Source of the DNA: an uncultured Actinomycetes bacterium
GTDB taxonomy: Bacteria; Actinomycetota; JAICYB01
Assembly (NCBI GenBank): GCA_963789445.1
Contig: CAWBKS010000003.1
Coordinates: 102,402-166,401 of the forward strand
DNA length: 64,000 bases
Direction of reading: 5' to 3'
Position 1 is the stretch's first letter. Each line of letters starts with the position of its first letter. The position numbers and the translations under genes were made by a program. Shown one piece after another: positions 57,784-64,000 of this stretch. The notes below the pieces were generated by a model, which saw only the letters and a program-made list of their open reading frames with translations, was not told the origin of the DNA and made no database searches.

Positions 57784-58602
57784 CTACGACCAGTCGCTGT
57801 GTGGCTCGGGGTCGGGCTTCTTCGCCTTCTTCGATCTGATGGCCGCGGACCGCTTGGCCGGGAAGGCCTCGAATCCGGTTGTGTCGAGAAGCGGAACCGA
57901 CGGTGCGGGGAGCGCGGGTGGCGACCAGATCCTGGACGAGAAACCGATGGCTCGACCTTCGGCCTGTCGCCTTTTGACGACCCAGCGGATGGCCGATCCG
58001 ATGGCGATCAGAGCCAGCGCGAGCAGAACGAGATCGAGGATGTTCGAACCCGTCGTCGGAAGATTCCCCTTGTCGCTAGCGCTGCCGAGGACGTTGGTTC
58101 CATCGCCGCCTTGCGCATTGCCGAGAACGTATGTGCCACCACCGTCTGCGGCTCCCGCAGCAGAAAGCACCCGCAAGTCGGCCGACTCTGAGCAGTCGGG
58201 CACGTCCGTCGCTACTTCATAAGTGCCCGGTTCGAGCCCGGAGGGGAGAGTGAAAGTATCCGAGAAACTTCCGTCCTCGAATGGTTGGGTCGACCCGATG
58301 AGAGTGTGGCCGGGCTCGGAATAGATATTGACCGTTTCGTTGTCCCCGGCCGCGCCGGCGGAGCCGAAAACGTGAACTTCACCCTGTTCCTCCGCCTGAC
58401 CCGCAACGAAGTCGTTACCGACCTCGCCCTCGATACGGATGCAAACATCGACTTCGGCCGTCGGTGTGGCCGTCGGCGTAGGGGGCGGATATTGCGCCGT
58501 CGCTACACCGGAAGAGAAAACGAAGGCGAGCAGGAACGGGAGGACGACAGATCCGACGATTGATCGTGCTCGCACGCCCTGGCCCCCTTGGCTTACCGGC
58601 AT
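57784..58602 (-). CDS. Hypothetical secreted protein with PT-rich linker and LPXTG-like motif followed by a TM helix and unusually long basic/Pro-rich tail
   Basis: Start at MPVSQGGQG (58602). Signal peptide, then YPPPTPTATPTAE, then ...GNLPTTGSNILDLVLLALALIAIGSAIRWVVKRRQ followed by ~60 more residues. Confidence 0.5.
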   Translation of the reverse strand: MPVSQGGQGVRARSIVGSVVLPFLLAFVFSSGVATAQYPPPTPTATPTAEVDVCIRIEGEVGNDFVAGQAEEQGEVHVFGSAGAAGDNETVNIYSEPGHTLIGSTQPFEDGSFSDTFTLPSGLEPGTYEVATDVPDCSESADLRVLSAAGAADGGGTYVLGNAQGGDGTNVLGSASDKGNLPTTGSNILDLVLLALALIAIGSAIRWVVKRRQAEGRAIGFSSRIWSPPALPAPSVPLLDTTGFEAFPAKRSAAIRSKKAKKPDPEPHSDWS

Positions 58603-58654
58603 GGAGTCATGCCGCGGCGCCTCGTAATAGTAATACTGGGTCCTCGACCCGTCC

Positions 58655-60520
58655 TTACGTCGAAGGCGGGAATCGAACGGCCTGAGCCTCGACCAGGCTT
58701 CGAAGGTGATCGACGGCGGCCTCATCACGCCCGTCCTCGGCCAACTGCCGCAGAGTGGAGATCCAAGCCCGAAAAGCGTCCCGGTCGAATCCGGGCTCGG
58801 TAACAACGAGCATCTTCTCGTGGGATCCCTCGGCTACGGCCTCGCCGTCGTCTATGAGCTCCTCGGCCAGACGTTCGCCCGGCCGGAGTCCGGTGATCTT
58901 GATGGGAACGTCGATGCCGGGCTGCAATCCGGAGAGGCGAACGAAGTTGTCGGCCAGGTCGCCCATGCGGATGGGCTCTCCGGTCTGAAGCACGTACACC
59001 TCGCCGTCCCGTCCCAAGGCCCCGGCGTGCAGGACCAGTTCGACGGCTTCGGACGTCATCATGAAGTACCGCATCGCATCCGGATCCGTAACCGTCACAG
59101 CCGTTCCCGTCCGCAATTGCTGATGGAAGAGCGATAACACGCTCCCGTTGCTTCCGAGCACGTTGCCGAACCGAACCGCGACGAAGGTGGTCCCCTGTCC
59201 GGCGAGCGCGCGCACTACGAACTCCGCCGCGCGTTTCGTCATCCCCATGACGCCGACGGGTCGCACGGCCTTATCCGTCGATATGAGCACGAACTCCCGA
59301 ACACCGCTGGCAACAGAAGCCGAAGCCACTATGTCCGTACCGAGAACATTGTTCTTGATCGCTTCCAGCGGGTGTGACTCCATGAGCGGGACGTGCTTGT
59401 ACGCGGCCGCGTGATACACGAGCTGCGGTGAGTACTCTTCGAAGATCCGGGCGACGCGTTGCTCATCCATGATGTCGCCGACGGCGGCCTCGATCTTCAC
59501 ACCCTCGAACTGCTCCACAAGGGACGCGTGCGTCAGGTAGAGATCGCTTTCCGCGCGATCGTAGAGAACGAGCGTTTCGGGATCGAAGGCTGCGATCTGC
59601 CGGGCAAGCTCCGATCCGATCGAGCCGGCTCCCCCGGTGACGAGCACGCGCCGGCCGGACAGCGCCTCGCGCAGTCGTTCGACGTTCGTGCCGATGGCCT
59701 GACGTCCAAGAAGCTCCTCACCTTGAACGGGACGCAGTTCGCCGACCACAGCCCTCCCCAGGAGAAGTTCGGTGAGCGCCGGAACGGTGCGCACCTCGAT
59801 GCCCGTGTCCTTGAGGCCTTCGAGGATCAGCTTCTTATCGATCGTTGCCGTGTGTTCGGTGGCGATCAGGACCTGGGTTGCACCCTGCGCCGCGCAGATC
59901 CTGGGGATGTCGTCGATGCCACCGAGTACCGGGATCCCGTGGAGGCGGCGTCCGTGGATCCTTGGGTTTTCGCTCGCCAAGCCGACGACGGTGTACGGCA
60001 AGCTGCCGCGACCGATCTCTCTCAGCAAGGCTTCGGCGACATCACCTACACCGACAACGATCGCGCGCTTGCGCTCACCGTTTCCCGCGGCCAGTGACAG
60101 TCGATGCTCGAGCAACAGTCGCGCACCTATCCTCAAGCCTGCGGTAAGCCCGAGACAGAAGAATGCGTCCAGGACGAGCACGGACCGCGGGAACCCGAGG
60201 CTTCGGCCCCCGGACATCTGAACACCCACGATGAAGATCGCCGAGCTCAGCGTCACCGCCTTGATGAGCTCGACTACATCCCGCACGCTCACGTATCGCC
60301 ACAAGCCCTCGTACAGGTGGAAGCCCCAGAAGACTGCGACGCGTAAGAGGAGCAACGCAGGAAGGGTGACGAGAAGCCGGCGAACCTCGCCCGACGGCGG
60401 CGCGAAGTCGAAGCGGAAGCCGAAAGCCAGCGCATACGCCATGGCGAACAGCACGACGTGAGCCGCAACGATCAACGGCCGGCGGATCCTCAGTAAGGCC
60501 TCAGCCTGTCGGCCACTCAT
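58655..60520 (-). CDS. Membrane-bound UDP-N-acetylglucosamine 4,6-dehydratase (PglF/WbpM/CapD family)
   Basis: Start at ATG 60520. N-terminal 4-5 TM helices, then a second Rossmann domain, then a catalytic SDR domain VLVTGGAGSIGSEL...YKHVP. Confidence 0.85.
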   Translation of the reverse strand: MSGRQAEALLRIRRPLIVAAHVVLFAMAYALAFGFRFDFAPPSGEVRRLLVTLPALLLLRVAVFWGFHLYEGLWRYVSVRDVVELIKAVTLSSAIFIVGVQMSGGRSLGFPRSVLVLDAFFCLGLTAGLRIGARLLLEHRLSLAAGNGERKRAIVVGVGDVAEALLREIGRGSLPYTVVGLASENPRIHGRRLHGIPVLGGIDDIPRICAAQGATQVLIATEHTATIDKKLILEGLKDTGIEVRTVPALTELLLGRAVVGELRPVQGEELLGRQAIGTNVERLREALSGRRVLVTGGAGSIGSELARQIAAFDPETLVLYDRAESDLYLTHASLVEQFEGVKIEAAVGDIMDEQRVARIFEEYSPQLVYHAAAYKHVPLMESHPLEAIKNNVLGTDIVASASVASGVREFVLISTDKAVRPVGVMGMTKRAAEFVVRALAGQGTTFVAVRFGNVLGSNGSVLSLFHQQLRTGTAVTVTDPDAMRYFMMTSEAVELVLHAGALGRDGEVYVLQTGEPIRMGDLADNFVRLSGLQPGIDVPIKITGLRPGERLAEELIDDGEAVAEGSHEKMLVVTEPGFDRDAFRAWISTLRQLAEDGRDEAAVDHLRSLVEAQAVRFPPST

Positions 60521-60596
60521 GTTTGTGGTCGGTCGAGCGTGCCCCTCCACAGCCGGGCCCCATCGCCAACAGCGCCACGATAGCGCAACGCTTGCC

Positions 60597-61235
60597 TCAG
60601 CCCACACGACCTTGCGATCGGCCAATCCCTGCGCTCGGAGTCCCAAAAAACGCTGTCGCGGTCCTGGCCAGGACGCCTAGATCCGTCCAGAAGGACCGTT
60701 TTGTGAGGTAGTCCAGCTCGATCGCAAGCTTGGCCGGCATGATCGTCTCCCGGTAGGTGCGGGCCGCGACACTCGCCTCGGTGCCCAGCAGCAGCGCCTC
60801 GTTGCGGTAAGCGATGGAGGCCGGGCTGGTCATTCCGGGCCGAACGTCGAGCACTCGCCTTTGAGAGGGCGTGTAGTCGGCGACGAACACTGGATCTTCA
60901 GGCCGCGGTCCGACCAAGCTCATGTCGCCACGCAAGACGTTGATCAACTGCGGGAGCTCGTCGATCTTGGTACGCCGTAGGACGGCGCCGACTCGTGTGA
61001 TCCGCGGATCCTGCGCCGTGGTGAGGCTCGAGGCTTCGGTTGGGTCCGTGAGGCGCATCGATCGGAACTTGTAAAGCGTGAAGGGCCGGCCGCTTTTTCC
61101 GACACGAACGGATCGATGAAGCACCGGACCCGATGAGGAAATCTTCACCGCCAATCCGGCGAGGGTCCACAGCGGACTTGTGATCACAAGTCCGATCAAC
61201 GCTGAGATGGCGTCGAAAACGCGCTTGATGCTCAC
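60597..61235 (-). CDS. Small 'bacterial sugar transferase' phosphoglycosyltransferase (PglC / WbaP C-terminal-domain type)
   Basis: 212 aa. One N-terminal re-entrant helix, ...[26 protein letters not shown]... and [21 protein letters not shown] motifs. Confidence 0.85.
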   Translation of the reverse strand: MSIKRVFDAISALIGLVITSPLWTLAGLAVKISSSGPVLHRSVRVGKSGRPFTLYKFRSMRLTDPTEASSLTTAQDPRITRVGAVLRRTKIDELPQLINVLRGDMSLVGPRPEDPVFVADYTPSQRRVLDVRPGMTSPASIAYRNEALLLGTEASVAARTYRETIMPAKLAIELDYLTKRSFWTDLGVLARTATAFFGTPSAGIGRSQGRVG

Positions 61236-62407
61236 CGGCGGTGACGATCAGCCACAGATACGACCGCTTCTGCGACATGGTCGACGTCCTCGTCTCCCAT
61301 GCCGCTGTGGATCGGAAGGGATATCAGTCGCTCGAATGCTGCACCGGCCACTGGAAAGTCTTCTGGTTGATGCCCGTAGCGCTCCCGGTAGTACGTGAAC
61401 GTGTGTATGGGGATGAAATGCACGCTGGTACCGACCCCTGATCGCTCGAGCTCGGCAGCGAAGACATCCCGGTCGACGGTTAGTCGCTCCAGCTGCAGCC
61501 GGATCGCGTAGATCTGCCAGGCATGGGTGCAGCCGTCCCGTTGGATCGGCAATGCGACGGCATCGCAAGTCGCGAGCGCCGCAGCGTAACGGGCGGCGAT
61601 CGCTTGACGGCGCTTGTGCATCTGATCGAGGCGGCGAAGCTGCACTAGTCCGATGGCGGCTTGCACATCGGGCAAGTTGTATTTGAATCCCGCGCGCGTC
61701 ACGTCGTACCGCCACGAGCTTTCGGTCTCGTTGCGCCGCCACGCGTCCCTTGTCATGCCGTGAAGGCTCCACGCTCGCGCGTCGCCGATGAGGTCGGCAG
61801 CGCCGGTCAGCATCCCGCCTTCCGCTGTAGTCATGTTCTTCGTCGCGTAGAAGGAGAAAGCGATCAGCGAGGGAACCAGCTTGCTCGGCTCCCCGATCGC
61901 TGCGCCCTTGATGGCGGCGGGCAACGCGTGCGCCGCATCCTCGACCACCGCCAGGCCTCGCGCCTCCGCGAGCTCGATGATGCGCGGAAGATCGCAAGGA
62001 TGGCCGTGAAGGTGAACGGGGGCGATGCAGCGCACATCTGGGTCCTTCAGTGCTCGCTCGACGGCAACGGGGTCCAGGTTCAGTGTTTCCGGCTCGGAGT
62101 CGACCAACACGGGGCGTGCGCCCACGTGCTCGACGACGTGGGCCGCAGAGGCAAAAGTCATGGTCGGGACCACAACGGCGTCACCCGGGCCGATGCCCAG
62201 AGCCAGAAGGGCGCTGTGCAGCGCAGCGGTTCCCGAGTTCAGCGCCAGCGCTGCGGGTGAGCTGACGTAACTCGCGAATTCCGTCTCGAGTGCCGCCGCC
62301 CGGGGTCCCGTGGTTATCCATCCCGAGCGGAGACAATCGATGACGGCGTCTATCTCCTCTTCACCGATGTCGGGCGGCGCGAACGGAACGAATTCGGGCG
62401 TCGTCAT
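61232..62407 (-). CDS. DegT/DnrJ/EryC1/StrS-family PLP-dependent sugar aminotransferase (PglE/WbpE-like)
   Basis: 391 aa with a PLP-lysine region SFYATKNMT. It overlaps neighbours by 4 nt at both ends. Confidence 0.9.
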   Translation of the reverse strand: MTTPEFVPFAPPDIGEEEIDAVIDCLRSGWITTGPRAAALETEFASYVSSPAALALNSGTAALHSALLALGIGPGDAVVVPTMTFASAAHVVEHVGARPVLVDSEPETLNLDPVAVERALKDPDVRCIAPVHLHGHPCDLPRIIELAEARGLAVVEDAAHALPAAIKGAAIGEPSKLVPSLIAFSFYATKNMTTAEGGMLTGAADLIGDARAWSLHGMTRDAWRRNETESSWRYDVTRAGFKYNLPDVQAAIGLVQLRRLDQMHKRRQAIAARYAAALATCDAVALPIQRDGCTHAWQIYAIRLQLERLTVDRDVFAAELERSGVGTSVHFIPIHTFTYYRERYGHQPEDFPVAGAAFERLISLPIHSGMGDEDVDHVAEAVVSVADRHRR

Positions 62408-63009
62408 TGTCCGAGTGTCTTTCGCATCGATCCGGTCCAGGTCGAACCCTCGCGTATCGGTTCCCAGCCGCGTCCGAGATAGAGAGCCACGGCGTCCTCG
62501 TTCTCAGGCTCTACGGTAAGCCCGATCTCGGTCTCACCTGCATTCTTCGCATCTTCCTCGGCCGCCCGGAGCAACCGCTGGGCGAAACCACGCCCGCGAA
62601 ACGCCGGATGTGTGCCGATCGACAGCACCCGGTAACGGGGGCCGGCGGATCCGGCGGGAGCCGATCGCCATCCGGCCGCCAAAAGCAAGCGGCCGAACGT
62701 TTCTCCGCGGAAGAGCAACCACGGCCTCGCTGCGTAGCTTCCGACCAAGAACCATCTGTGACGGCGCAGGAACGAAGAAAGGGCGTCGCCCAGGTCTCCC
62801 GCACAGATGAAGGCGACCAGCCGGCTTTCCTCCCAGATCCCGGCCATCAGCCGGGACCCTTCAGGTCTTTCCCACTGCGCTTCGTAGTAACGCTTCACTA
62901 CGCCGCGTCCGGCTCGAGTTAGATCGCTGGCAGGGAAAGAGATCAGGTGCAGTTGCGTGACCGCATCGAGATCATCGCGCGTGATGGGTCGCACGAGAGA
63001 CGACGTCAC
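62404..63009 (-). CDS. GNAT-family N-acetyltransferase
   Basis: The GTG at 63009 overlaps the upstream GT2 stop (GTGA). Acetyl-CoA binding motif RGRGFAQRLLRAAEEDAKNAGE. The long N-terminal extension of ORF 62404-63348 overlaps the GT2 gene and is rejected. Confidence 0.7.
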   Translation of the reverse strand: MTSSLVRPITRDDLDAVTQLHLISFPASDLTRAGRGVVKRYYEAQWERPEGSRLMAGIWEESRLVAFICAGDLGDALSSFLRRHRWFLVGSYAARPWLLFRGETFGRLLLAAGWRSAPAGSAGPRYRVLSIGTHPAFRGRGFAQRLLRAAEEDAKNAGETEIGLTVEPENEDAVALYLGRGWEPIREGSTWTGSMRKTLGQ

Positions 63010-63998
63010 GACGGTTGCACGACGGCCGAGCGACGTCGCCAGCGCCACAAGCCAGCCAAAAACCCCAATCCGTAGGCGAAATGCATGATCGGAAAGACGG
63101 CCTGCAACAAAATGACGGACTCGGGATCTCGTCTCCCGAGCCAAAAGCTCATGACGACGACTGCGATCACGTACGGACCGGCCACGATCGCTGCGATCGG
63201 TGGGATTCGGGTTGCGGTCGCGACGACAACGGATGCCACCAATGCAAGGACGAAAGCGGCCGGAACCAACTGGCGCCAGGACGAAATCCGGGAATGCTTG
63301 CGGATCACCAGAACCTTGAACAAGCCGTAGCCGAAGTACTGATCCCACAACTCACCGAGCTTCTCCCGGGGACGGTAAGTGCTTCGTATCGACGGATCGA
63401 GGAAGACGCGACCCCCCGCTCGGCGTACGCGAAGGTTGAACTCGTCATCCTGGTTGCGCAGCAGCTCTTCGTCAAACCCTCCGACCTTGTCGAACACCGA
63501 CCTGCGGAAGGCACCCATGTAGACCGTGTCGACCCACGCCTCGCTCTTCGAGTACCGGAATCGCGCATCGCCTGCTCCGAAGCGCGAGCTCGACGCCACT
63601 GCGAAGGCTCGGCCAACGCCGGTACGGCCCATAGCGCGTTGAACACCACCGACGTTGTCGGCGCCGCTTGTTGCCAGCGCATCCAAGCAGCGTCGAACGT
63701 AGTCGGACGCGATCTCCGTGTGACCGTCAACGCGCACGACCACATCTCCGGTCGCGCGGCTCAACGCAAGGTTCAGAGATACCGGTGTCGCTTTGGCCGG
63801 ATTGCTCATGATGAGTACGTCCGCGCGGTGATTCGTCCTGGCTTCCTCGGCGATCCTCGTCGCTGTATGCGCTGTTGAATCTTCCGAGGAGCCGTCGACG
63901 ACGATCACTTGCATGCGATCCGCCGGATAATCCTGAGCCAGAACCGCTCTGAGGCTGTGCTCGATGTTCTTTTCTTCGTTTCGAACGGGCATGACCAC
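63006..63998 (-). CDS. Glycosyltransferase family 2 (possibly extends beyond window end)
   Basis: MPVRNEEKNIEHSLRAVLAQDYP...VVDGSSEDST...DD.F GT-A fold with DxD-like elements. Two C-terminal TM helices. The start is near the window edge (GTG 63998 or ATG 63992). Confidence 0.8.
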   Translation of the reverse strand: MVMPVRNEEKNIEHSLRAVLAQDYPADRMQVIVVDGSSEDSTAHTATRIAEEARTNHRADVLIMSNPAKATPVSLNLALSRATGDVVVRVDGHTEIASDYVRRCLDALATSGADNVGGVQRAMGRTGVGRAFAVASSSRFGAGDARFRYSKSEAWVDTVYMGAFRRSVFDKVGGFDEELLRNQDDEFNLRVRRAGGRVFLDPSIRSTYRPREKLGELWDQYFGYGLFKVLVIRKHSRISSWRQLVPAAFVLALVASVVVATATRIPPIAAIVAGPYVIAVVVMSFWLGRRDPESVILLQAVFPIMHFAYGLGFLAGLWRWRRRSAVVQPS

Positions 63999-64000
63999 AG

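Noticed and set aside
1-64000. tRNA, rRNA, CRISPR or IS/transposase content
   Set aside because: I scanned for T-loop-like GGTTCGAATCC motifs, regularly spaced direct repeats and transposase or integrase-like ORFs, and found none. The only integrase-like signal is a short arm-like segment embedded in an ABC transporter, not a recombinase gene.

Overview
This 64 kb window is a high-GC (roughly 65-70%) chromosomal segment. Its gene content points to a high-GC Gram-positive bacterium (Actinomycetota-like): F420-linked enzymes, dodecin, DUF3107, an ArsA-like ATPase pair, and a mycobacterial-style adenylate cyclase-STAND-TPR protein. I resolve about 65 protein-coding genes on both strands, dense and often translationally coupled. 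I found no rRNA, tRNA, CRISPR array or obvious transposon or integrase gene.

Notable content:
- **Polyamine biosynthesis:** a complete archaeal-type operon (pdaD-speH-speE-speB) with an unusual structured leader.
- **DNA repair:** PolX, RecQ and an Fpg/Nei glycosylase.
- **Transport:** a heterodimeric ABC exporter pair, one half of which carries an integrase-arm-like insertion.
- **F420-associated genes:** an LLM oxidoreductase, and an FrhB-like protein coupled to a DUF2804 protein.
- **Possible operon:** SPFH, a small ribbon-helix-helix protein, a Wzy_C-family protein, a VWA protein and a GT4 glycosyltransferase lie close-packed on the minus strand, divergent from a P450 across a near-perfect 26 bp AT-rich palindrome.
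- **Signal transduction:** a large adenylate cyclase-STAND-TPR protein.
- **Glycan cluster (52.8-64 kb):** it contains a bacillosamine-type (PglF/PglC/PglE-like) UDP-sugar cassette next to two Pro/Thr-rich secreted proteins.

Several genes carry frameshifts or a nonsense codon. These are concentrated in two AMP-binding acyl-CoA synthetase genes, which suggests either pseudogene decay or indel-type assembly errors. All calls are from manual translation and pattern recognition only; no searches were run.
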